Both the position numbers and the translations under genes were made by a program. This document shows, in pieces, positions 43,004 to 63,521 of a DNA stretch of 64,000 bases. Positions within the stretch are counted from its first letter, which is position 1. Each line of letters begins with the position of its first letter. Below the pieces are notes generated by a model that did no database searches, was not told the DNA's origin, and saw nothing but the letters and a program-made list of their open reading frames with translations. The stretch is from Macrostomum lignano (lineage: Eukaryota), in assembly GCA_002269645.1 (NCBI GenBank), contig NIVC01002511.1:101818-165817 (forward strand), written 5' to 3'.

Positions 43004-45517
43004 TTACAGAACAAATCCCCCAATCGATCCAGCTTGGTTGCCAGTCGAAGTGGAGAAAGCAAAAATCACAGCCAGCACAGCTGCAGCCGCAGCGAAGGCC
43101 GGCTGGCCAGCGCTTCGAGCCGAGCCCTTGCCGACTGTGACGGGAGTGGTGCTCGGATTCTGCGTGGTCACACTGGTGGAAGCGCTTGCCGTCACGGTGG
43201 CTGTTACGTTGTTCGAAATCAGGACAGTTTCAACGACTCTAAAAATAAAAAATAAATGGGACTGAAATGAAACTACTTATTAAGTAAGTAGTATCACTGT
43301 ATTTTCGAAGCTATAGATAAAAATCGAGGAAATATTTTAGATCTTAATTGTTGTTAGGGCGTTTATGTGCATATACGGGTGAGAATTTCACAAGCCGGAA
43401 ATTTTTATAAGCTCGAAATTTTAGAAACTGTAGCGATTTTACTTACCCGGTGATATTTATGCCAGTGGTAATGGTTTGAATGTCGTTGGTCGACAGGGTC
43501 ACAGCCATAGGGTTGCTTTCAGTAGCGGCCCGTCTCTGCCTTTCAAGCAGTTGCTCATCCAATTCGTCGTCATCGAATGGTTCCTCAATTTCGTCGGCCA
43601 AGTCACGACGTCGTCTAGTTTTTTTGGTAGATGATTCCACCATGATAGTTGTTTCGGCCGTTGCATCCGCTGCAGCCGTAGTCGAGTCGGTAGCAGCAGG
43701 TGAACCCGTAGTTGAAGCGGTAGCAGCAGGTGCAGCCGTAGTTGAGCCAGTAGCAGCAGGTGCAGCCGTAGTTGAGCCAGTAGCAGCAGGTGCAGCCGTA
43801 GTTGAGCCAGTAGCAGCAGGTGCAGCCGTAGTTGAGCCAGTAGCAGCAGGTGCAGCCGTAGTCGAGCCAGTAACAGCAGATGCAGCCGCAGTTGAGCCAG
43901 TAGCAGCAGGTGCAGCCGTAGTCGAGCCAGTAGCAGAAGATTTAGCCGTAGTTGAGCCAGTAGCAGAAGATTTAGCCGTAGTTGAGCCAGTAGTAGCAGT
44001 GGAGGCGGCTGTTGTGGCGGTCGTGGTAGCTGTATAAGTCACCGCCTGGCACAAGGTGCTATTGCTGCTGGGCATGAGACGAATGACGATCGAGGTCCAG
44101 TCAGTCGAGCCAATGACTGACAGAATCGGCAGCTCCACTTGAACATTAGATATGGCTGTCACGCTGGTAGCTTCACTCTTCTGGCTAAGCCTTGAATTTA
44201 TTTTAATTATTAAATTGACAATATTTGACAATATTACTGTATTACAGATATTGAAATATTGCTGTATTATTTAAAATTGGATCAAAGCACGCACATCAAT
44301 GTTTGACGTGACTTACCAACTAACGGAGCCAGGACAGCACACCTTGAAGTTCTCGCCCTGATTACAGAATTTGTTGTACGCATTTTGAATGGCCGTTTGG
44401 ATGGCCAGGTGGAGTCCAACAACCTGTTTGATATTGCGGTTTCAACGGGTCGAATGAATAATCGAAATAATATAGTCGGAAAAATTAAGTTTTCTTACCT
44501 TATTTGGAGATGGACCAGTCAATTTCAGAAAAATATCACCAGATTTTTCCGTATCTAAAAGTTTGAGCCGAAGCATGTACAAGCTTTTAGAAAGAAGTTC
44601 GGAGAATTAATTGGCTTTGTTTGAGCACTCGTCCAGTAAATTTCCAACAAACACTGAGCACTCTTCCGGCAACTGTCCAACAAACACTGAGCACTCGTGC
44701 AGCAGCTTTCCAACAAACGCTGAGCACTCGTCCAGTAAATTTCCAACAAACACTGAGCACTCTCCGGCAACTTTCCAACAAACGCTGAGCACTCGTCCAG
44801 TAAGTTTCCAACAAACACCGAGCACTCGTGCAGCAGCTTTCCAACAAACGCTGAGCACTCTTCCGGCAACTGTCCAACAAACACTGAGCACTCGTGCAGC
44901 AGCTTTCCAACAAACGCTGAGCACTCGTCCAGTAAGTTTCCAACAAACACTGAGCACTCTCCGGCAACTTTCCAACAAACACCGAGCACTCGTGCAGCAA
45001 CTTTCCAACAAACATTGAGCACTCGTCCAGCAACTGTCTAAGAAACACCGAGCACTCTTCCGGCAGCTTTCCAGCAAACACTTAGCACTCGTCAAGCAAC
45101 TTTTCAATAATTACTGAGCACTCGTCCAGCAACTTTCCAACAAGTACTGAGCACGAATCCAGCGATCACTATTGAAGCACATTCTACAAAATGAACCTAA
45201 AAATATAAATTTCACTGACTCACAAGCCGAGCAGTGCATTCCGAAGAAGCACAAATTTTCAAAATTGCCGGTAGCATTGGTGCAGTTCTCCATGCCGTAT
45301 CCTTTGTCGCAGGTTTTTGTATAGTCGCACTGGGCCCGATTACATTGAGCAGCAACGTTTAAGAAAAGACCTTTGCGAGGAAAATGTTTTGATGGAATTG
45401 ATAAATGAACAGTAAGGAAGGAGGTTTGTTATTGTATTGAATGTAAAGTAAATTATGTCGCATATGGCTCTTACCGAAGAGAAGGGCGGCAGTCAGACTT
45501 GAAGACACGTAAAGCAT
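43004..45517 (-). CDS. Uncharacterised secreted or cell-surface mucin-like protein; exons 45475-45517, 45224-45370, 44499-44554, 44317-44423, 43447-44184, 43004-43238 (about 441 aa)
   Basis: All six exons join in phase with canonical GT-AG. The protein has a signal peptide (MLYVSSSLTAALLFGLFLNVAA), a Cys-rich module, a (TGSTTAAPAA)n tract, KKTRRRR and RQRR basic sites around an acidic spacer, and a hydrophobic C-terminal tail (AFAAAAAVLAVIFAF). Confidence 0.8.
44620..45150. repeat. 33-bp minisatellite (ctgagcactcgtccagcaactttccaacaaaca) in intron 2 of the mucin-like gene
   Basis: Period of 32-33. Confidence 0.9.
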
Positions 45518-46299
45518 CGTAGTTTTAATTCCTTTTTAACCATGCAGGGTAAAGAGTATCAGTGGTCAGAGGTTCCGTGAAGCCGCAAACCTGCCCTGTG
45601 GGTTCGAATTTATACGCTCTAGAAATGGATGGAGTTTGGAGGCTGGGTTGGTCCTTGACTGTCGATTAACAGCCATTGGCTCTCGGGACTCATCGCTTAC
45701 CTGAGCAACCGAAAAATTTTGGGATCTCCTTCCATCCGATTCCCCAGCCAGCCTCTTCCCGTCCCCTCTTCGCTTGGCAACCGCCGCCCCAAGACTCACA
45801 AAGCATGAGGCCCCCTCACTACTCACGTACATGTCACTAGTTCGGTTGCTAACAACAAACCAGGGTAAACTTTGGAGTCTACTCGCTTGGTCTATCAGCT
45901 TTCAAACCGGGCTGCTTTTCCCTCTGAGAAACGTTTTGCTGAAACTGGGGAGAGGTGGGGAAGAGAATAAAACAATGGCGTCTCCCGTTGCTACGCCAAC
46001 CGTGGACAAAGTTGCCTTAGAAAAACAGTGAACCGTACAATTTCCGTGTTTTTTTAGCCAAAGGCGACAGCTTGAAGCTGTAGGCTCTGCTTGCGCGAAC
46101 TCGTTTTTTGTTTAATCAGTCAGCTATGGCTGCAGGTGAAACTAATTAATTGGCTGCTTTTAGCGGAACTCTTACGAATTATATGCTGAAGTACCGTGAT
46201 CCTGCCGAATCCAATGGGGATGCTTCAGAACTCGATTCCCCAAGCAGGTTCTAAAAGTCACTTTTAGAAGACTGCTAAAAACTATGCGATCCCTCGCTA

Positions 46300-47930
46300 C
46301 TTTAAAACTACTCTACTCTACTCTTTCTACTCTACTCTACTCTTTCTACTCTACTCTACTCTTGCTACTCTACTCTACTCTTGCTACTCTACTCTACTCT
46401 TGCTACTCTACTCTACTCTTGCTACTCCACTCTACTCTTGCTACTCTACTCTACTCTTGCTACTCTACTCTACTCTTGCTACTCTACTCTACTCTTGCTA
46501 CTCCACTCTACTCTTGCTACTCCACTCTACTCTTGCTACTCCACTCTACTCTTGCTACTCCACTCTACTCTTGCTACTCCACTCTACTCTTGCTACTCCA
46601 CTCTACTCTTGCTACTCTACTCTACTCTTGCTACTCCACTCTACTCTTGCTACTCCACTCTACTCTTGCTACTCCACTCTACTCTTGCTACTCCACTCTA
46701 CTCTTGCTACTCCAATCTACTCTTGCTACTCCACTCTACTCTTGCTACTCTACTCTACCCTTGCTACTCTACTCTACTCTTGCTACTCCACTCTACTCTT
46801 GCTACTCCACTCTACTCTTGCTACTCCACTCTACTCTTGCTACTCCACTCTACTCTTGCTACTCCACTCTACTCTTGCTACTCCACTCTACTCTTGCTAC
46901 TCTACTCTACTCTTGCTACTCTACTCTACTCTTGCTACTCTACTCTACTCTTGCTACTCCACTCTACTCTTGCTACTCTACTCTACTCTTGCTACTCTAC
47001 TCTACTCTTGCTACTCCACTCTACTCTTGCTACTCTACTCTACTCTTGCTACTCCACTCTACTCTTGCTACTCCACTCTACTCTTGCTACTCCACTCTAC
47101 TCTTGCTACTCTACTCTACTCTTGCTACTCCACTCTACTCTTGCTACTCCACTCTACTCTTGCTACTCCACTCTACTCTTGCTACTCCACTCTACTCTTG
47201 CTACTCCACTCTACTCTTGCTACTCCACTCTACTCTTGCTACTCTACTCTACTCTTGCTACTCTACTCTACTCTTGCTACTCCACTCTACTCTTGCTACT
47301 CTACTCTACTCTTGCTACTCCACTCTACTCTTGCTACTCCACTCTACTCTTGCTACTCCACTCTACTCTTGCTACTCTACTCCACTCTTGCTACTCTACT
47401 CTACTCTACTCTACTCTTGCTACTCCACTCTACTCTTGCTACTCCACTCTACTCTTGCTACTCCACTCTACTCTTGCTACTCCACTCTACTCTTGCTACT
47501 CCACTCTACTCTTGCTACTCTACTCTACTCTTGCTACTCTACTCTACTCTTGCTACTCCACTCTACTCTTGCTACTCTACTCTACTCTTGCTACTCCACT
47601 CTACTCTTGCTACTCCACTCTACTCTTGCTACTCTACTCTACTCTTGCTACTCTACTCCACTCTTGCTACTCTACTCTACTCTACTCTACTCTTGCTACT
47701 CCACTCTACTCTTGCTACTCCACTCTACTCTTGCTACTCCACTCTACTCTTGCTACTCCACTCTACTCTTGCTACTCTACTCTACTCTTGCTACTCCACT
47801 CTACTCTTGCTACTCCACTCTACTCTTGCTACTCCACTCTAATCTTGCTACTCCACTCTACTCTTGCTACTCTACTCCACTCTTGCTACTCTACTCTACT
47901 CTACTCTACTCTTGCTACTCTACTCTACTC
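46300..47930. repeat. 19-bp minisatellite (ctactccactctactcttg) built on a CTACT pentamer
   Basis: About 85 units; it explains the three LLYS ORFs. Confidence 0.96.
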
Positions 47931-47931
47931 T

Positions 47932-48257
47932 ATCCCTCGCTAATCCAGCTGTCTTTTACGGATCTCGCATCCGTCGCTAATCCAGGTGTCTTTTCGGTGA
48001 TCCCTCGCTTATTCAGGTGTTTTATAGATGATCCCTCGCTAATCCAGGTGTCTTTTCGGTGATCCCTCGCTAATCCAGGTGTCTTTTCGGCGATCCCTCG
48101 CTAATCCAGGTGTCATAGATGATCCCTCGCTAATCCTAGTGTCTTTTTGATGATCCCTCGCTAATCCAGGTGTCTTATTGATGATCCCTCGCTAATCCAG
48201 GTGTCTTATTGATGATCCCTCGCTAATCCAGGTGTCTTATTGATGATCCCTCGCTAG
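47932..48257. repeat. 28-31-bp tandem repeat (gatccctcgctaatccaggtgtctt...)
   Basis: About 10 units. Confidence 0.87.
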
Positions 48258-48756
48258 CGCAGGTCTGTTTTTTGGCGCTCTTGCACTTTTTTTCAGGGCA
48301 CTACATGCGTACTAACGCGAGTGAGACAAGAGGAAAAGTCTACCACGAGATTCAGTCGGGATTATAGGCACAAAAATGAAAAAATGCTTGATTGATTGCT
48401 CGCCAGCTTGCTACCGCTTGCAGTTCTCCGTTGCCGTTGGTTACCGTGGCAAACAGACGATGCTTTGTTTGGCGGAGGGAACTTGGGAAGGATATGGCTG
48501 CGCTCAGTATGAGGCTCTGTTTGTATTGAGCAGGTGTTTGCACGCAGATTGGCTCCCCAGGCTCCGGTGTCGCATGGTGTGGGGCTTCTGCTCAAGTCAG
48601 CCAACAGGCATGATGGAAAATGTTTGCCTTCGAGCTGGTCTCATGAGAGCTGCCCCTGCTGCAGTGCCGTTGTGTACTCAATGGATCCTGTTTTAGGCTC
48701 AGAAAACTGAAGTAAAAAATTTCCCGTGCATTCGAAATTGCCCAAATGCTTTGATG

Positions 48757-49068
48757 CTCTCGCATCCCAGGATCTCGCATCCCAGGATCTCGCATCCCAG
48801 GATCTCGCATCCCAGGATCTCGCATCCCAGGATCTCGCATCCCAGGATCTCGCATCCCAGGATCTCGCATCCCAGGATCTCGCATCCCAGGATCTCGCAT
48901 CCCAGGATCTCGCATCCCAGGATCTCGCATCCCAGGATCTCGCATCCCAGGATCTCGCATCCCAGGATCTCGCATCCCAGGATCTCGCATCCCAGGATCT
49001 CGCATCCCAGGATCTCGCATCCCAGGATCTCGCATCCCAGGATCTCGCATCCCAGGATCTCGCATCTC
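48757..49068. repeat. Perfect 15-bp minisatellite (ctcgcatcccaggat), about 20 units
   Basis: Direct inspection. Confidence 0.95.
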
Positions 49069-49464
49069 GAGACGTGAACTGAAGCAGGACAAGTCCCGGA
49101 TCAAGTGACAAAACCCCAAATTAATGTGGCCGCCAACGGACTCTATAGCTTACACGGGTAACTGACACGAGATTCGCACACGTACTCGGTCCCACTGACC
49201 ATGCATCTATACTACCTTAAAAAATTCTGCAAGAATCAGACGAAGCTCCAAATTCGGAGCAGCTATCAAAACAAAGCATCTCAGAAAATGGGGTTGAGAT
49301 GGAAATTCAGATCCAAAATTCCATGGATTTTTCTGGAAACTGCGTGACTGTGTGAGGACTGGATTAGGAATAGGTATAGGGGAAGTTTACAGGGATGCTG
49401 CCTCTTCTCTTCCCTTCACATGTCCCTATACCTTTCTCTTTACTTAGCGTTGCATTTGTATCTC

Positions 49465-49478
49465 GTTGTCATGGAAAC
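49465..49478. promoter_or_regulatory. Candidate RFX X-box (GTTGTCATGGAAAC)
   Basis: Matches the X-box consensus GTYNCY-AT-RGNAAC at all positions except position 5. It lies 40 bp before a candidate first exon and 1.5 kb upstream of the PAAT-like exon. Confidence 0.45.
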
Positions 49479-50938
49479 TATGCAAACTCACACCATAGGA
49501 GCAGCAGTAAGGGAGTAAATGTCTGCATCAATGAAAGAGAATTTGGCGTTTTTCCCTTTTTCGTGGATGAAAGACTCTGCGGTACCCTATCGGATCTACT
49601 CATATTCCATGTGTACATGCAAACTTAGTGAATAAACACTGGCCTGGTTATCGATTGTTCCGCTTCCGCAAAGGTTGTTTTATCAATTATATACTTCTAG
49701 GATAAATTAATTTAACGAAATTTACGAGGTGTTTATAGTAATTCTAAAACAGCGACCAAATTATGCCGAAATGCTAGAATCGCTTGATAGCCTAAAAATT
49801 ATTACATGATTACGAGCTAAACCAATTTCGCAAATTTTCGTCCATGCCAACAAAAATTGGCAGAGCCAATAAGCCAGCTGAAAATCAATACAGTGTACAT
49901 GTAAAGTAGTGTTTTTAATGTAACGTATTTCATAAGCGTTATTTTTATTTTCATTATGATTGTCTAAATGTGAGTTATTTATTACCCCTAAAATTTAATT
50001 AAAAAGCATGAAATTATATAGAATTTTTTAGTCCAAACACAATATTGATTAGGCGTCGGAACAGTAAAAACTATACCGGTGTTAAAAGAAATTTAAACAA
50101 ATGTTAGCTAACAAATTAAAAGTTGGCTCGTAAATAAAGCTTTTATATCTGTATTACCAATAAATGATAGTTTTATCTAAAACTTAGAGCAATAATAATA
50201 AACAATAAACAAAAAGTACATTTATTCGGCAAGTTTTCGTGAAGCACGATTTTAAATAGACAAGACATTTTTTCATTTTGAAAGTATTGTAAGGGACAAA
50301 GCTTTTAGCTAAAAGCGTCGCTTTTTGCGGAGCAAATTTTTACTGAACAAGTAATACACTAAGTTAAGTATCCTAATCATGTACTGCAATGCTTTTGTTA
50401 GTTGGGAAATCCAAGACAAAGTTAAGTTGCGAAGCATAATTTCGCAAACAGTGCTTAACAAAAGTTCGGACATTGATGAGCCTATTGAGCAAGATAGGTA
50501 AGTTTTGTTCATTAAAAACATTTATATTCATCTGTTTATTTTTACTTTTCATTTTGTGCATTCAAATACTAAAACCATGCGTATACTAAAAACAGTTTGT
50601 TATTATTTATTTATTATTAATATTAATAATTCATGCACGTCTCGACTTGCGTAGTATGATTTGTATATGTTTTTAACTTCTTCTAAAATATAATAAATTA
50701 ATTTGCTCTGTAGTAGATTTTAAAAAGAATCTAGATTTTTTTTTCATTTTTAATGATAAAACTGTCAACCTCACATTTAATATTAAAATGATGCAATTAA
50801 AGATAACTTTATTAAAGTTAACAAAAGCCAAGGTTTGTTACCAAATATTCGTTATTATGCGTGCTTAATATTTCATTTGTTTAACTTTGTTATACTATGC
50901 TTATACTGTTGCTGTGGCGTTGCTTTTTCAATCCACAG

Positions 50939-58665
<7,727 letters not shown>

Positions 58666-59685
58666 TACCACACTGCACAATGGTCACTGGCACCAAAGCG
58701 TGCAGGCCCCGCTAAGTGTAAATGCAAAAGCTTAACCCAAGGAACCAGAATGAAAAATTGTTTCAAACCTGCGTTTTTTGCATAAATCTTCTGTGGTGTC
58801 CTTCAAATAATGTTCGTTTTCTTTTCAAAAGCCGTCGCCTCGTTGCGATTTTTGAATACCATGGCTGTGCCCGGACCTGATTGAATTATCAATAACCAGC
58901 TTTAACATAACTTCTTTGATTTACAAAGAAATATCAACCTATATTGAGAAAACCTCACTCCCTGCTCCCTTAAAGAGTTTTTTATTTTACTTTTCTTTTA
59001 ACACAATACACATGTTTCTAATTTGAATTGTAATTTGTTTCCACAGTGTGTTACTTGTTATCATACTTATTCGTGCAGTATTCTCTAACTTTTTAATTTG
59101 AAACTCTTCTTGATTAACAATTGAATAGAATTTTCAGCGGATCCTGTTGGCTATTTTGTGTTTTGTGTTTCTGCATTTTGTGTCAGTTTGTCCCGTCTTT
59201 GAGCCCTGAGTAACCAAATTCGAAGACCCACAGGTTTTTGCCCATTTCGCTACTTAAAACTGACCGGTTGTCTGTCCAGATGTTTAGCTTAAGTTTGTCC
59301 TTGTGGTTGTCCTCAATGTTTAGCATCCCCGCTAATGCCCAAGCGCGTGTGTCAGTTCAGTACTACTTTGCTACCAAGCAATATTTATGCATAGCGCTAA
59401 GTGTGTTAGATATGTGTAAAATACGTAAGAATAACCAGCACAATAAGACCAGCCTATAAATGAATCACCGGATATTTTGTGTCTCAGCACCGGGGTGAAA
59501 TAAAAACACTGTTGGGCCATGTTTTTTATTTTTGTTCGTCTGTTTATTGCTTAGCATTCTTGAGTGCATTTTCTGGTGGGCAATCGCGAATTGCACTTTT
59601 GCTGCAGTGCAGCTCCGGAAGGACAGGAGGGGAAGGCGTTGATTGTATTCAGTGTCCACACTGCAGCTCGAAGGTACTGACTGAG

Positions 59686-60154
59686 TACTTGACTGACTGA
59701 CTGACTGACTGACTGACTGACTGACTGACTGACTGACTGTCTGACTGACTGACTGACTGACTGACTGACTGACTGACTGACTGACTGACTGACTGACTGA
59801 CTGACTGACTGACTGACTGACTGACTGACTGACTGACTGACTGACTGACTGACTGACTGACTGACTGACTGACTGACTGACTGACTGACTGACTGACTGA
59901 CTGACTGACTGACTGACTGACTGACTGACTGACTGACTGACTGACTGACTGACTGACTGACTGACTGACTGACTGACTGACTGACTGACTGACTGACTGA
60001 CTGACTGACTGACTGACTGACTGACTGACTGACTGACTGACTGACTGACTGACTGACTGACTGACTGACTGACTGACTGACTGACTGACTGACTGACTGA
60101 CTGACTGACTGACTGACTGACTGACTGACTGACTGACTGACTGACTGACTGACT

Positions 60155-60186
<32 letters not shown>

Positions 60187-60222
60187 GACTGACTGACTGA
60201 CTGACTGACTGACTGACTGACT
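59686..60222. repeat. (CTGA)n microsatellite
   Basis: Direct inspection. Confidence 0.97.
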
Positions 60223-60357
60223 GTTTTTATACCTCAAAATAAGCCCTGAAGAAGGCCAGGTTCTGGCAGAAATATCGGTCGATTTAAATAAGTTCGATTA
60301 GACTAATAATTAAGAGAAACCCACTCTGCGTGCGTGGCTTTGCATTGGCATTCGGCA

Positions 60358-60474
<117 letters not shown>

Positions 60475-61234
60475 ACAATAACGAATCTATATAAATCTCA
60501 ATGAACCAGCCTTCTCAGAGCCACTTGGGCTGAGCTCCCACTCCCCAGAGGGCTGCTGGGTGCAGAGTAAACAGTTCCCTGCATTCCCAGCAACCTTCCT
60601 TGCATTCCTAGCTCCGCAGTCGGTGGCCGCATGCAGTTTTATCCTTGTTGGATTCCCAAAGTAAAATATGTTTGATGCTTGTCAAGGATGCCGTGCCTCA
60701 ACTCATGCTTCAACCCCCCTCTTGTCCGGAATCAGATTATCTGCAATGCCCGGCTCTCGAACTCTCGAGCTGGCAAGGCAAAAACTCATCGCATCAGGAG
60801 TGCAATATGTTATTGCATGAAAGATGCAAGTCAACAAAGCTGGGGCACTTGAATGAGACTATACGGGTTACTTTGCAAACATCTGTCTCTTTTAGTAATT
60901 TTTTCTAGTTTGCCAAATGTTTCAAGTCAAATAAAATTTTGCTCTCAACTTTATCTTTCGACAGACAAAAGAAGAGAAGATCGAGTTGAATTTGCTATTT
61001 ACCGAATAGAAATACCTGAATAGTCGGATTTTGCTACTTACAGTAGGCTGAATGCAAATTATATTTTAAAGGTGGATTAAAGAAATTAGGCTAAGCCAAA
61101 ATTAAAAATTTTTAAAGTTAGTTGTGAACCAGAGCATACTCGTGCACAAAGAAAAATTTAAAGCCTTTAATGAGGCTGCGACAAGTTACTGACAGCAAGG
61201 TTGACTGCCAACATTTCAATCGCCAGTAATAGAT

Positions 61235-62045
61235 GGCAGTCAGATGTCACTGGCAGCCAAATGTCACTGACAGTCAAATTTCACTGACAGTCAAATGTCA
61301 CTGACATTCAAATGTCACTGACAGTTAAATGTCACTGGCAGTCAAATGTCACTGACAGTCAATTGTCACGGCAAGGACCACTAGAAGTTACCGAATTGTA
61401 TCAGGACGCAACACTCGTAAATATTGCAAAATTATTTGAAGGCCCGCTTGTTTGCATGTATTTATCGGTACTTGCCTTCAAAAAAGAATCTACTCGACTT
61501 GAGTCGACTGTTTTAAAGAAGCATGCACTACATTTGAGCCTCAGAAGCTTCGTATAATATGTGTATTTATAGTTTATTTAGGCTGTAATCTAGATATTTT
61601 GAGTAATTATATCATTATATGCAACTCGTAATAACTCGTAATAACTCGTAGACTAGGAAGCAATGGTTAACTGAAACTTTATTCATTTTGACTGCAATGA
61701 AATATTGCGTATTGCCGTTACTTAACTGTACGCCTGACGCTCCTACATGTAGATATAGCGCCAAACTTTGCTTCATGTTAAAGAGAACAAAATTTCGAGC
61801 AACCTGGCGAAAAAATATCATTCTAAGTGCAACCAGTCCAGAGTTATGAGCATTTAAAGTTTAGCTGCAATGCAAACAAGCGGGCCTTCAAATAGCTCGT
61901 AATTTTGCAATATTTACGAGTGTTGAGTCCTGATACAACGGTAACTTCTAGTGGTCCTTGTGTCACGGACAGTCAAATATCACTGGCAGTCAAATGTCAC
62001 GGACAGTCAACTGTCACGGACAGTCAAATGTCACTGACTGTCAAA
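61235..62045. repeat. 17-bp minisatellite (tgtcactgacagtcaaa) split by a MITE insertion
   Basis: Units at 61235-61371 and 61961-62045. Confidence 0.85.
61372..61960. mobile_element. Non-autonomous DNA transposon with P-like termini (CAAGG, 8-bp TSD)
   Basis: TIRs of about 95 bp starting caaggaccactagaagttaccg, and a perfect TSD tgtcacgg (61364-61371, 61961-61968). Confidence 0.85.
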
Positions 62046-62536
62046 GTTCACTGGCTTTGAAATTTCATTTTGCAGCTGAATTTCATCGGTTGCCTCTGAA
62101 TCTTGGCACCAAGTTCCCGGTCTGCATCCTGCCAGGGCCGCTGTACACATGTACACCCTGTGTGAGCGTGTACCTGCTCAGGTTGGGTCAGCGATGGCTG
62201 CCCAAAGTTCCCTGCTAACTGGCACAATGAGTTACCAAGAGTCGTTAATAAACCAGAAGTAAATCGACACCTAATCGGAAAGAACAGAATGCAATAATAA
62301 CAAAAATGATTGACCCCTCCGGCGCGCTCAATGCAAGGTTAAACCAGTTCAATCAAATATTGCTATATTTAAACATTTGAGTTTAACACAAACATTCCAA
62401 ACTCGCCTCTGAGTGACCCCTGAGTCAGCTCAGGGCCGTCGTGTGCGGGGTGTCGGTTTGCACAGCAATTGTTCTGAGCAAACAAGAGGAACTCGGGAGG
62501 CGATTGTATAACCGAAAGCTGAATTATTTTACTATT

Positions 62537-62880
62537 TATGAGCATTCATGAGTCCGTTCTGCTGATCATGTCTCTTTCTTACAGAACATGTTATGAGCAT
62601 TCATGAGTCCGTTCTGCTGATCATGTCTCTTTCTTACAGAACATGTTATGAGCATTCATGAGTCCGTTCTGCTGATCATGTCTCTTTCTTACAGAACATG
62701 TCTCTTTCCTACTGAACATGTCTCTTTCCTGCTGATCATGTCTCTTTCTTACAGAACATGTCTCTTTCCTACTGAACATGTCTCTTTCCTACTGAACATG
62801 TCTCTTTCCTACTGAACATGTCTCTTTCCTACTGAACATGTCTCTTTCCTACACATGTCTCCGTCCTACTGAACATGTCT
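62537..62880. repeat. Compound repeat: three ~56-bp units grading into 20-bp units (actgaacatgtctctttcct)
   Basis: Direct inspection. Confidence 0.85.
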
Positions 62881-63077
62881 CACCCCTGAACATATTCTGA
62901 GCCCTCTATCCGTTCCTTGCTTGAGAATTTCATTCAGTATTTGAGTGCTTTTATTGCTATTTAGACGCAACTATACTTCCAGTCCGCACACCTGAGCTTC
63001 ACACCTTGTGCAGAATTTTACCAAATCCAGTTAATTCAACGCAAGCATGCGCACGAATGGAGAAAATTTTGTTCAAA

Positions 63078-63080
<3 letters not shown>

Positions 63081-63140
<60 letters not shown>
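63081..63140. repeat. (GT)n microsatellite
   Basis: Direct inspection. Confidence 0.95.
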
Positions 63141-63142
<2 letters not shown>

Positions 63143-63521
63143 CCAAATCTGGGCGCATGGATGCATTCTCTCTCTCTCTCTGTGTCTTGATTGCTCATTT
63201 GCTTGCTTAAACCCATTTGGGTCACCACCTAGACAGACAAGCTAAAATTTATACGCTCGTAATCTCGCTTTAGTTGGCCTTCTCTCACTTTGAGCAATTT
63301 AACAGCTCTTGAGGCATTGCTGCTCTTTATCTATTAGTATTATTTTCTCTCGCTCTCTCTCCCAAGTCGATAATTATCTTGCTTTAAAGGCGGGTCTCTT
63401 GACCCCCCTCAACCCCCTACACGCCCGTCTTTGGAATTTCCTGCGAAGCCACTTGTCACTCCCTTTCTCTCCAGGCCTGATTATATAAGACATCGTTGCT
63501 CAAAAAGCAGAGAATACTCAC

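Noticed and set aside
45566-46031. Short opposing ORFs upstream of the mucin-like gene
   Set aside because: They have no homology cues and no consistent splice partners; this is probably promoter or 5'UTR sequence.
46284-48062. Three 480-592-aa Leu/Tyr/Ser ORFs
   Set aside because: They are translations of the stop-free 19-bp minisatellite in all three frames, with no protein signal.
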